Source of the DNA: Monocercomonoides exilis PA203
Taxonomy: Eukaryota > Protista > Preaxostyla
Length of the DNA: 64,000 nt
Assembly (NCBI GenBank): GCA_001643675.2
Contig: LSRY02000033.1
Span: 868,001-932,000 of the forward strand
Direction of reading: 5' to 3'
In this document: positions 13,101 to 25,600 of the stretch, piece after piece
Numbering within the stretch: the stretch's first letter is position 1
Layout of the letters: every line of letters starts with the position of its first letter
Translations under genes and position numbers: made by a program
Notes under the pieces: generated by a model
The model's database searches: none
What the model was told of the DNA's origin: nothing
What the model saw: only the letters and a program-made list of their open reading frames with translations

Positions 13101-15786
13101 TCGTGTGTGGAGTCTTCTCGTGTGCCGTTGCATTGAACAAGTGAAAGGACACAATTGTTCATGGTGTCAGCAATCACAGGCAAGAAATGCAGATTCTTTT
13201 GAAAGTGGAGGTGTTTATAGCCAGTCTCAGCGCGATGAAATGAAATCCATGTTCAGATTCCATTGTTTATCACTCGCACATTCACTTGATTTGCTTCGAA
13301 TTGCGTTGACATGTTCCCCTTTGAGCATTCTTCATGAAGAAGCAGAAGAAGCTGTTCGAGTTGTTATTGAAAAAGTGTGCATTTCTGGCACTTGGATGGA
13401 TGAAAACGATGATCAGCTGGAAAAGAGTGGAGTGTGGAGCAAAAGCAGAGGATGGTCTGAGGAATTCAATAGAGAGAATTCTGCAATGATTCATTCAAAG
13501 GCAACAAAGAAGTATTCAAAAAACAAAAATAATGAGGATAAAGTTGCAGACAAAAGAAAAGAGGCAATTCAGAAGATGAAACCGCTCAGCGATGGATTGA
13601 GCTTTGCATCAAAAGAAGTCAGTGAAGAGGAATGGAATACCCCGACATGTGGATGCATATTGATGGAAGCTGCAATGAAGGCAATTGCTGCGCCTTTCTT
13701 GTCACTGCTAAATGATCTCTCCACTCTTGAAACAGTCAATTCAATGCTTCAGTCGATTGTTGCTGCATCTTCTTACTCTCATCAGAAACAGGTGAGACCA
13801 ACCGCTGAAAAAGGAGTTGAACGCAAAATACCATCTGGTGAAGAGGCAAGAGAGATCGGGCCTATTTCCACACCTGGAATTCCTGATGAAGCAGATGCAG
13901 ACTCAGAGCATAATTCTCCGAAATTGTCTTCTTTGGCAAATGGTGAATCAGCTTCTGCCTCAGCTTCATATTCATCTTCGTCTTCTGTGATCACACCATC
14001 CACCACACCTCAACTTCGCCAGGCGCACGAAGCTCTTATCAGAGCAGGACTTTTCTCTCCGTCGCTGCTGAGAACTCCCTTCGAGACACCTGGCTCTCTT
14101 TTATCTGCCAGATACACACCGTCTTCTGCGATGGGCTCAGCAATTTCTTCATCAAGTGCCAATATGCGCGTTGCAAAGACACCAGCCGCACTGACTTCAC
14201 TTCCTTTGTCTCCAACTTCTCCTGTTTCTCCGTCTGTGGTTTCTTCTGCAGACGCTGCTGAAATGGCATCATCTCCTGGAATTGCTTATAGAACACCAAC
14301 TGAATCTGCCATAGGCCATTTACATACATCGGCGCGAAATCGACCAAAGGAAGCAGAGACTCCATCTAACAATGAAATGCCTGTATATAGTCACCACCAT
14401 CGCTTCCTTCTTCGTTATGCAATTGCTGTTCTCCGCTTTCTTTTTGTGTTTATTCATTCACACCCACAAACATTGCTTGCAAAGTACTCAGAACAGATGA
14501 GAAAGCACAGGAAACAAGAACGCTATTCACTTTCACTAAATCCAGATGAGTTGATAACAAATTCGACAACAATTTCGAATTCCTATCTTTTGACTACTTT
14601 GGGATACTTACACACAGACTCAACACATCACATTCATTCTTCTGCTTCTGCTTCTGCTTCTGCTTCTGCTTCCACATCGTCCTCGTCTTATTCTCCATTC
14701 AGCTCAGCAGAACAAGAACGGCCAGTCATTCATCTATCAACTGTCACTCGAGATAGACTCAGCTGCACAGCCTTCCTTCTTCTTTTCCGCATCATTCGCA
14801 CAACTCCAATTCCGTCTGTTCCATTGAATCAGCTTTTGAACTTTGGCCGATGGGAAGAAGCTGCTCTCCTATGCACGTCTCATCCATCGTTGCATGTACG
14901 TAGAAATTGTCTTTCCGAGCTGCTTCGACACCTTCATGGCAAGTCTCTTGATGTTAAGCACTTGGCAATACTTCCTCTGTTTCTGCTGGAAGAGAAAGTT
15001 GTAGCAAAAGAAATATATGAGGATGAAAGCAAAGGCAGCAGCGAATATGAGGAAGACAGGGCCAAATCAAAACGGCCTCCATCAAATGCGAAAGATCAAA
15101 ATATGCTTTCTTATTCACTAAGCTTGCAACTGGTGAGTGAAAGTGCGCAGAGAATAATTGAGAAAGAAATGAAGATGCTGAGAAACGAGTGGTGGAGATT
15201 AGTTCAAAAAATACAAGCAGAGGCACCGAAGATTGATGCATCATCAGCACTTCCTGAGAGATCTCTGCCATTTTTGATCCACTTTGTTGCACACCATCCA
15301 TTCCTCCGCCAAGCATTGTCTCATCCTCCCTCAGGATTATCTGCCTCATCAACTTCAGTGAATTCGGAGAGTTCTTTCCCTTCTCCAACATTTAAGAGCG
15401 CGATGTGGTTTGCGAGATATGTCCTTCATTTCTTCGTTTCAAATGTTCTGACTGTTCCTCAAACAAGAACAGATATAATCGACGAATCACTTTCATTTAT
15501 TCGATCTTCGTTGGACTCCATTTCGCAAAACAGCATTCCTCTTTCTGTTGTCTGCGCGATTGTCGATTTCCTGATGGAAGGGAAAGAAGAAAAAGAGAAG
15601 AAGAAAGAACAACGAAGAAAGAGTAAAAATAAAGCTGTCACTGAAATGAGCACATCCACAACCAGTCTGCTGATGAAAGGGATGTTTGCGTTGGGAACAG
15701 GAAAAGATACAAGAGAGCGAGTAATTGGAGAGATTTTGACTCAAATTACGTTGTCGTCAATTCACAATATATTAAATAAAAAATAA
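7119..15786 (+). CDS. PDS5: Cohesin-associated HEAT protein PDS5, multi-exon, ~2,500 aa with large low-complexity insertions
   Basis: DIQILALCITVELLRLYAPQIPF resembles the PDS5 N-terminal RIYAPEAPY motif. LRMRDKAKLVRDVA, HVRRNCLSELLRHL and LPERSLPFLIHFVAHHP resemble LPEY..PY.IHLLAHDP. About 10 GT-AG introns; some exon limits are approximate. Confidence 0.85.
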
Positions 15787-15937
15787 CTGAGCTTCATGGA
15801 CAAAATCTCTGTTTTTGACCATGTTTTTCATTGTTTTATTGTTCCTCCTTTTCATTTCAAATAAAAAATCATTTCAATCTGTTTTTAAAAGCTAATAAAC
15901 AAAAATAATACTTGAAATTTATAAAACAATTTATTAA

Positions 15938-16762
15938 TTATATTAATTCCAAATGTTTTGATTTTAAATGATCTGCAAGCGAACGATATCTTCCACAAAT
16001 GACAGCTCCATTGTCAATCGATCCTGAACCTGTTTCACCAGCGAGCTCAGGAATATCCGTTTTTGCTCTTGCAAATACAAAGCGGTTCATCTCAAACACA
16101 GGATCTATCTTCTCTGGATCAGTTTTTAATGCAGGATTTTTTTGAATTCCTTTGAAATTATCATCTGTCTCCATCATAACCATTGTATTGATGTGTTCAT
16201 CACATAATTTTGTGAAATCTGCATGAAATACTCTTTCTTGCTTTGACATGCAAGAGGCAGCCTTCTATAGAAATAGGTTTAGTTAATAATGGTGCATTCA
16301 AAAACATAAAAACAAACAGCATTATAACGAAGAAATCGATAATGAGATTGGATTTTGTGAAGTCGAATTCGAAAATAACTCTTTAACAACCAGTTATAGC
16401 GTAAAAGCGATAAATCTGTAACTCCTGTTTCATCTTCTCTAAGAATGTTTATTAAGAATTGCGACAATAATTATAGCAAACTTTAAAATCTTATTTTTTG
16501 AAATATCTGACAATGCTTGTTGAAGCTCTTCCACAAGATGCTCTTCATATGGCAATAGATCTGGAGCACATTTTTCGTTTCTCCAAGCTTCAATAAATCG
16601 AGGTATTACCATATTCTCTGATGAAATACTCGAACTTACTCCAATTTTTGATTCGAGATCGATTCCAAGGGCACGAGCAGTGGACAACTCTCCTCTTGAT
16701 AATGTTTCCCTTTTAATTGTTGTTGGACCAATGACATCTGTATATTGTTCCGGGAACGCCAT
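15938..16762 (-). CDS. SLD5: GINS complex subunit SLD5 (GINS4)
   Basis: AWRNEKCAPDLLPY, RYNWLLKSYFRIRLHKIQ and C-terminal RFVFARA...RYRSLADHLKSKHLELI. Two gtttg..ag introns. Confidence 0.92.
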
Positions 16763-16921
16763 TTAAAAACAAATATTAAATGAAAAAATAAAAAGCAATA
16801 AATTAATATTGGGATATCCATTTATGATGTTCGTTACATCCAAGAATTATTGAAAATGAGTATTTGCCAAAAATTAAATTCTTATGCAAAATCTTTGTAA
16901 CCAATTGTGGTTCAAAAGATC

Positions 16922-19023
16922 ATGAGTGAAGAAAAACAAAGCCAGACATCAATTCCAGAAGAGTCATCATTGTCCAAAGATGATGTTTTGAATGTCAAAG
17001 AGCTTTCTACAGTAATTAATCCCCCTTCTTTACCTTCTACCGAAAAAGAAGCTTCTGAACAAGCCAAAGAAATTGAACAGAAATTACGTAAATACTACAT
17101 TGTTGAAGATAAAGATGAACCAACTCAAAAAGAACATAAATTTTGGAATACACAGCCAGTTATTCCATCACCAGAAAAAGCACCAAAATCATTCCAAGAG
17201 GTATCAGAGATTGAATCTCGTGAAGCAAAGCTGGCAATTCTAAAGCACGAACCACTTCCAATACCATCTCCATTCGAATGGTTCGATTTTAATGATAATG
17301 ATTCTGAGCAAATGCAGGATCTTTATGATCTTTTGGCTGAAAACTATGTTGAAGACTCTGATTCTTGGTTCCAATTTAGCTACTCACAAAAATGTATTAA
17401 ATGGGCAATTAACGTTCCTGGAACTCCAAGCGATTGGAAGCTTGGAGTGAGAACATCCGATAAGAAAGTAATGGTTGCTTTTATTTCAGCTGTTCCATGC
17501 AGGGTGTTTGTTGGAGGAAAATTAATCGATTCTGTTATTATTGACTTTTTATGCGTTCACAAATCGTTGCGATCAAAACGTTTAGCTCCTCTGATGATTA
17601 AAGAAATCACACGTAGAGTCAATTGTCACGGCACATTCACTGCTATTTATACTTGTTTGTTTAATTACGATTTTTTTAGATAATATTTTATAAAACTGTA
17701 TTTCTTTTTATACAATAATTTTTGCAGCTGGAACATTACTGCCCACGCCTTTTACAACTACTCAATATTATCATAGATCTATCAATGTCGATAAACTTCT
17801 TGATGTTAGATTTACAGGTATTCCAAAATTGATGAATCGAGAAAGGCTCCACAAGTTATACAGAATCCAATCAAAAATAAACACGAAAGGATGGAGGTTT
17901 GTTTTTTCATTTCAAGTGAATTTTTATCTCGTTTCTATTTAATGACAATTTTAACCGAACAAACTTTATTTTAATGATTCGAATTCTTGTTAAGGCCATT
18001 TCGCGCATCAGATGCACCAGAAGCGATGGAAAAGCTGAACACTTTCCTCCGAACAAACTTTGATGTTTCTATGCAATTCTCGTCCATTGAAGAGTTCACA
18101 CACATATTCACCACACGTCCAGGCGTCGTCTACACTTTCGTCATTGAGAATGAAAATGCAAAAGGAAAGAAGGCAGAAAAGGCAGCAAAAACAGCACCAA
18201 AAGACAAAAGCACGAGCCAGGCACAGATCATGCAACTTTTGGAAGAGCAGCAGCCAAAAGGAAAAGGAAAGAAAAATAAGAAAGGCAAAAAAGAAGAAGC
18301 TGCAAAAGAAGAAAAGAAAGAGGCACCTAAGCCAAAACCAAAAGCAAAAGCTGCTAATGAATCCAAAGAGACAAAAAAAGAGAAAGAAGAAGACGCTCCG
18401 GTGGCTTCTTCATCAACTCAGCCTTCCTCTTCTTTATCTCCATCTTCCGCTTCTTCTTCTTCTTCTTCTTCTTCTTCAGCCACACCATCATCATCCCAAC
18501 CAGAATCAACTTCTGACAACATAAAGGCATTTATATCATTCTATGTTGTGCAGTCATCAGTTCATGGCTCTACAAAATACTCTCATATCACCACTGGCTA
18601 TCTCTACTATTACTTTGTGCCTCAAAAGGACTACGACGATGCTGTTCGCGCTTCCTCATCTCTTTCAGCTGTGGAAACATTTGCTTCAGTTGCTCCTCCG
18701 ATCCTCACTGAAATGGTTGAAAATGTTCTGGTTGAAGGAAAGAAAATCGGAATTGATGTCATGAACTGCCTTGACATCATGATGAACCCAATGTTCTTGA
18801 AAGACTTGAAATTTGGTCCTGGAGATGGTAGACTCAATTATTATGTGTATGTAGTATTATTTGATTTTAATTATTTGACAAAATATTATTTACGTTTACA
18901 ATTTATTTTTTTTTTTCTTCTTTTTCTTAATTTTTATGTTTTCATACTCTTTGTGCTTTCAATAGCTACAACTTGGCAGTTCCCCAGATCAAAACGGACA
19001 AACTTGCTGTTGTCCTTGTGTAA
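16922..19023 (+). CDS. NMT: Glycylpeptide N-myristoyltransferase
   Basis: HKFWNTQPV, LLAENYVED, FLCVHKSLRSKRLAPLMIKEITRRVN, AIYTAG, YYHRSIN, KFGPGDGRLNYY. Three introns; the protein ends LAVVLV-TAA. Confidence 0.96.
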
Positions 19024-19354
19024 GTATTTTTGATTTGCATTTATCTTTTCATGATAGACATTTTTTCCATTTAATACAGTTTATTTCATTCCCTTTCTCA
19101 TTTCAAGGCTCATACGTTTCCAAACATTCATAAAATACATGTATTTAGATGAATAGTAAAAAGCTCTTCGTTGATAAAAAAGGATTCAAAATTGAACAAA
19201 ATATTATTTCAACAATCAAAGATGTTTTAAAAAATGAAGAAATAGAAGTGATATCACAATGCTCAAAGGCAAATATAGTTTGACATGATGTTTGAAGGAT
19301 AGAATTAGTTTATGAAGTGCATATTGATTAGAAAGATATTAAAACTTTGTGAAG

Positions 19355-19607
19355 CTACTTCTTTCTTTTCACATTATTTCTTAGCAAATATGATGCGAGC
19401 CAATGAAGTGGATTTAATGGTGATTCTGGATCAATTGGTTTTTCTGAAAGTCAGCAAAAATTAGAAACCGTAAAGTTAGATATTTATCAAAAAATCATAA
19501 AAACCTGCTTCTTTTAGTAAAGCTTCAAGAGCAGGCAACAAAGCTGGCATAACGTTTTTCTCTAAATATTCAGTAGTTTCTTCTTTGGAAACAAGTTGGT
19601 TACTCAT
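19355..19607 (-). CDS. Small Dpy-30/RIIa-type dimerisation-docking motif protein, 63 aa (absent from ORF track)
   Basis: Exons 19607-19505 and 19443-19355 (intron gtttta..cag) give MSNQLVSKEETTEYLEKNVMPALLPALEALLKEAEKPIDPESPLNPLHWLASYLLRNNVKRKK. This fits the YL..V.P.L..L..L...P.NP..WLA.YL..NN Dpy-30 pattern. Confidence 0.82.
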
Positions 19608-19699
19608 TCCTTGTAGTAAAATAACTGTTGTTCAGTAATCAACCTAAGCCCATAACCATTTTTTCTTTCCCACAATTCATTTTTGGGAAACCGTTTAGA

Positions 19700-22600
19700 A
19701 TGAAAAGTGCCCAAATACGGCCTTCTACAACGAAAATGGATGAATCGACATTAAAACTGCAAACAAAAACGTTAACACGTTTCCAAAGAACAGCCAAACC
19801 AATTCAGAAAGAACAACCTGGCACAAAACCAACACCAACATCTCTTGCGACACCTCTTTCAAATCATCTGGGCGAAGATCCTCTTTATGGTCTTAAAATT
19901 CGACCTAAGCAATGTAGTTTTACCAGTTACGAAGTCGGAAAATCATATTCTTTTTTCTTCTCTGTTACAAATGCTGAAAAACACGTTATTCATGTTCGCG
20001 TGATTCCACCTCTAAATCAACATTTCACTCTTCTTGAAAATGGAAAAAGTGAGAGAACAACAGGAACAATAGCTCCTGGACTGAGCATTGGATATGAACT
20101 TATTTTTATGCCCACACACCTTCATCCAATCAATGATTCTTTAATAATACAAACAGAACAAGGATCCATTGCATATGAAATTTCTGCTCAACTTCCAACA
20201 CCAATAATTACTCTTCCTCAAATCATTGATTGCGGGCCGTGCTATGCGGATAGATCAAAGCGCATTTCAATTCCATTTCGTAATCTGGGAGGACGGGGGA
20301 CATTCGCGTTTGTTCGTGGTAAAAATGGTTTGCCAAGAGAGCATTTTTGAAATTTTTGATGAAATGTTAACATCACTTTGTGTGTTTTCTTGCACTGGTA
20401 TTTGACTTTATCTCTTTTAGATATGAAGGATTTAAGTTTAGCTACGCTGTTACTTCGAAAAAGAGCTGTAGAGCATGCGGAAGGAAAGCGTGAATCGCGG
20501 ATGCCCGCAGAAGGAGAAGAAGTTGATGATCTTCCAGAATTTCTTTTTACTCAGCACTTCATGATTGAGCCTCAATTCTTCCATCTTGAAAGTGGAGATG
20601 AAATAACGCTTCATGTGACTTTCTTTCCAACAAGCCCATTGAAAGATGTTGTGATTGAAGAAGAAGAGACAGAAGGATCTTCTGAAAGGAACAGTGTTTC
20701 GTCACGCCAGCTCAAAAATGAGGCGGATGATGGTCTGTCTTTTTTTATGATATTTATGAAATCCAATCAATTAATCTTCTTTCCTGGTTATTTTGTCTCA
20801 TTTATCTTTTAATGGTTTTTTTAATTAATTGCAATTCACAATCTGCAACACTTCTGTTTCGCTTAGTTCGATCGGATGCTGTTTCCTTCCCAATTGCAGG
20901 TGACATTCTTTTAAAGTGCAATGACTGTATGGACATGCCAATCTACATTTTGGGGCAGTGTGTTCACCCGTGGGCAGATATCCCGAAGGACAAGGAAGTT
21001 GACCAGCCTTCAGAATGGAGAGAGACTAAAGGCGCTGAAAGAGAGCTATCAGATGAAGGTTTGAAAGAGCATTTGTTTAACTTGAAAAATCAACTTGTTG
21101 TTTATTCATTGCCTCATTGCTAATACGCACATTATTTCATTATTTTTTATTAGAACTGATTTCACAATCAAAATCAACCAAAGATCCATTCTTTATGGTT
21201 TCACCGCCTCCACCTCGGAATATTTTCTTCGGTCCAACTCCTTTCAATGCAATAAACACTCAGACAAGTTTGTCTTGTTTTTGTCTCTGAACTTCGGAAA
21301 TTTTTATTTTTGAACTTTCATTTTGAATTATTATTTTTTTTTTTTTTAAAATGCATATCTTCATTTTAAAATGAACATCCATCAAATCAAAACGCTTCAC
21401 TTTCCATTCTCAGTAACCATCAGAAATCCATGTCCACTTCCATTTCCATTCATCTGGTATTTCTACGATGCACCGCGTGATTACATCAACGGCATTCCAT
21501 TGTCTCTTCCTGCTGGTGCCTCATCATCTTCTCATCTTCTAACTCCTTCGCTACCTTTCCTCTCCGTCCAGCCACAATTCGGCATCATCAACCCAAACTC
21601 CACTTTGACATTCACAATCGCCTTCAATCCCACAAAGACATCCAGCAGCTCTTCATCATCTTCTCCACAATCCACATCACCCAACTCAATTCGGACTCTT
21701 TTCGACTTCTTCCTCTTCTTCTTTGCAGATCTCTCCACCCCTCTTCCTTCTGGCCCCTCTGCTCCCAACCGGTTCTTCAACGACACATTCGATGCTCTTT
21801 CTGAGGAGTTCCTTGAGCGTGTTGTCCGCACCAACAAAGGGCGCTCTCTGCTCTACACATTCCACGCTGCTGGCTCTGCTGTCGCGCCTGTCGTGTCCAT
21901 CCAGCCTCCATTCCTCTACTTGACAGACGGCGCTGCTTCCCTCGACGCCAATCTGAGTGCCAACACAAACAGAGATGGAGGCAGCACACAGAAGATGAAG
22001 GAGAATGGAGCAGGGCCACTTTCTTCGATGAGGAGCAGAGGATTTCCAGGGGCGTCTGAAGGCGATGGAGATGATGAGCCTCCTGTTTGTCTGTCTCCTC
22101 TGCCTCCTTCTGTTGAAGCACAGTCGAAGCAGCCGACATTTGACATAGCTCCAACAGCGACGTTTGGTGTGCTGCGTGTTGGCACTCCAGAGACGCGGAT
22201 GATATCGATTGTGAACAGCAGCCAGTCCCAGCTGGATTTTGAGTGGGTGCTGGAGAGAGTGGTGTCAGTGAAGAGGGGCGCTGATGGGAATGCTGATGAA
22301 GGTTTGATTATTTTCATTTTGTTATTGAAATCTATTTTGTTTTATGTTTGCAATTCTAACTGTGTGTGATTAAATATGTTTTATTTTTATTTTTATTTTA
22401 ATTTTTATCATTATCTCAGAAACATCAGCCGAAGGTATAGCATTTGCGTCTGTTTCACCTGCAAAAGGCAGACTGCAAGCAGAAGATGTGCATCCAACCG
22501 GTCTCTCCTTCGGTGCAGACAGAGGAGGCATCTACCGCGCTGAATTCTCTTTGAGATGCGAAGGGTCGCTTGCAATTGTCCCGTTTGCTGTCACGTTTGC

Positions 22601-25600
22601 TGTTGCTCCTTCTCCATTGTTTGTGGAAGAGCCGGCAGTGGACTTTGGAGTTGTGCCGCCAAACACATTCAGAGTGGCCCATGCGACGCTTGTGAACAAA
22701 TCAGACGAGGAAGTCATGTTCCGGTGGAGCATCAAGAAGACACACCAAAATGTGGCACAGAAGCAGAATAATGCAAAAAGTGGGAATGGAATGAATTCTG
22801 CTGATGGATCGGGCTTTCTGCCATTTGCAGATGCGCTAACTGCAATCCACGACATGTTCACGAACGAAGTGGCGTTTGGGTTTGTGGGAAACAATCCTGT
22901 TGAGCTGTTTGGATTGGACTACGACACGCTGCCTGAGGATCACAGAATCGACTTCGCAAACCTCTCTCCGTTGAGCACGAAGACAGCTGTGCTGCTGTAT
23001 GATAAGAACGATGAAGAATATGAGATCGGACAAGATGAAGGTATTCTTTGTTATTTAAATTAATTACTGCTTTTAATGTGATTTATTGTTATTATTATTA
23101 TTATAATTTCTCTTTTCATTCATTTGCCTCATTTTTGTTTATTGAATCTGAAGAGCGTCCTCCAGTTGGACTGATGTGTGTGTCATATCCAACAGGGGTG
23201 ATTCCTCCGCGCAGCAAGCTTATTGTTTCCTTTGGATTTGCCTGTGCATTCCAACACCAAACAGAGCTGGTTGCGCGCTGCTCTGTTGTTGAGAACGACA
23301 TGGCTGTTGAGTCAACCACTGTGCCTTCTACATCCATCACTGTCAGCGGGGCTGTTATTGAGCCTCAGGTTGCAGTTGAAACGCCCTTCCTCAATCTGGA
23401 CACGACATTTGTGGGTGTCACAACCACAGCAACAATCCAGCTGAGGAACTTGACTGGAATCGCCTGCCAGTTTCTGTGGGAATCTCTGATGGCAAATGGA
23501 GAGGATGACGATGACGACGATGATGATGAAGGGGAAGAGGAGGAAGAGGAAGAAGGAGAGAATGAATTTGACCACTCGAGAGCGTATTTGAATGGCGCAG
23601 ATGAAGAAGCAGAGGCTGATGCGCAGGTGGCGTCTGCAAGAGGCATCCAGCCTCCTCGAACGAGCTCACGAAGGGCGCTGAAGAAGTCAGAAATGTACTC
23701 TCTCCAGTTCACTCCGTCGCAGGGCTATCTGCAGGAAAACGAGGCGATGGAGGTGATGATTGCCTTCACGCCTCTGATGGCTGGCAAGTTTGATGTGATG
23801 GGAGTGTGCCACGTAGCCAATTCAACACAAAAGGCGGGGCTGATCATTTCTGCCGATGCTCAGCCACTCAAAGTGGAGTATCGCATTGAAGATCCCACCA
23901 AGGCAAAGAACTTTGATCCCAGCGCATATTTCGGAAGAGCAGCTCTTGCTGCTGATATGGCTGCTGCCTCGTCATCTTCGTCAGGTTCGGATGGTCAGTC
24001 GTCTGATTTGTCTGCGCAATCATCGGCTCTTTCGTCGACTGTCAATTCTGTCGATTCATTGAACTCTTCATACTCTTCATTGAGCACAACGCAGGACTCT
24101 CTCCTGTCGTCTCTTTCGAGCACTGCACCTTCTCGTTCTCTGGTTCCTGGTTCGATTTCAGATGTACAATTACAACAGAAGCCAACATTCAACAATGAGA
24201 TGATGCAATCAAATCAACAAGCTGAGCATTTGAACAGCGAGCTGAAAATTCTCAACTTTGGCGACGACAATCGGATGGGCACAGTGAAAAGGATGCGACT
24301 TGTGCTGATCAACCGAACAGGCATATCCACCTCGTTCAACATCACATTCAACAGATTTGATTCATATTTGGGTGAATGGCGTGTTGGAAGCAGAGGAACA
24401 AGCAGACGCGGAGGAGGGCTTTCAACAAGAGACACGCAGCGCTTGAGAGAAACAATAAGACAAAGAAAGGGCATGACTGCACGAAGCAACAACAACATCA
24501 GCAATGGAACAGGAATGATGAATGCTTCTGGCGTGTATGAAGGCAACGATGAGAACATGAAGGAAAGGACATATGCTCTGAGTGAAGGAATGGAGACGAT
24601 CAAAGAGAGAGGAGAGACAACTGTGGAATTCCATCCAAATCTGTCCGGGCAGATGGACCAGTTCACAGACGAAGACTACGAAGAAGACGAAGAGGAGCTG
24701 CTGAATGTGAAGGAAAACACTGCCAGAAGCGGAACAAAGACAGAAGCCAACAATTCTGCTGGGTTCCAATTTGGAGGTGTGACAATCAGAAATGGCCGAG
24801 TCATCAGAAAGAGCGAAACAGCCACAGCAAAAGGATCGACCATCAAAGGAGCAAACACAGTTCGAAGTAGAAGCACTCAGATGAGTTCGTCACAAAGAGG
24901 ATCAGCGACAGGCAGAGGAATCAGAGGAGCCACAGGTGGAATGCAAAGTGCCTCACGAACAGAAAGAAATGTCGGAGTGAGAAATGGCACACGCCAGATT
25001 AAGCCAGTCACAGCCAGCACACATTCAACTGCCGCTTCGATGGAAATACCGCAGCAAACAATGGCAGATGATCCCACATCCATTCTGCAGCACCCAATGT
25101 CTGCTTCGAGTGTGAGGCCGACGTCTGTTGTGACAACAGTGACTGCATCAAACGGAATGATGAACACAAAAGGCGATGCAACAGGCGATATGACAATTAG
25201 AAGAAGAAAGAAGGGATATTTTGTGAAGCCATCGACTGCAGCTTATCCGTTTCTGTCTTCGGTTGGAATGGCACATTCAGAGAATGAAAAAGCCAAAAAT
25301 GCAGAGAATGAAGAGAAGACTGCGAGATTGTGGAGGCGGAAGGGGATTGCCTTTGCTGCATCGCCTGAGCGAGGTGTGGTGGAAGGGTGGAGTGCTGTGA
25401 GTGTGATCATCTCCTGCTACAGCGACGCCACTGGATTCTATCGCGACCGGATGAATGTGACGTTTGATAGCGATCCGCAGGCCAACCTCCAAATCCCAGT
25501 GGAATGCGGAATCATCGGAAGAGAAGTGGAATTCGAAGGCGGGCCGGTTTCTTTGCACCCAGAAAGTGCAAAGGCTTCTGATACAGCGCCGGTTGCCTCT

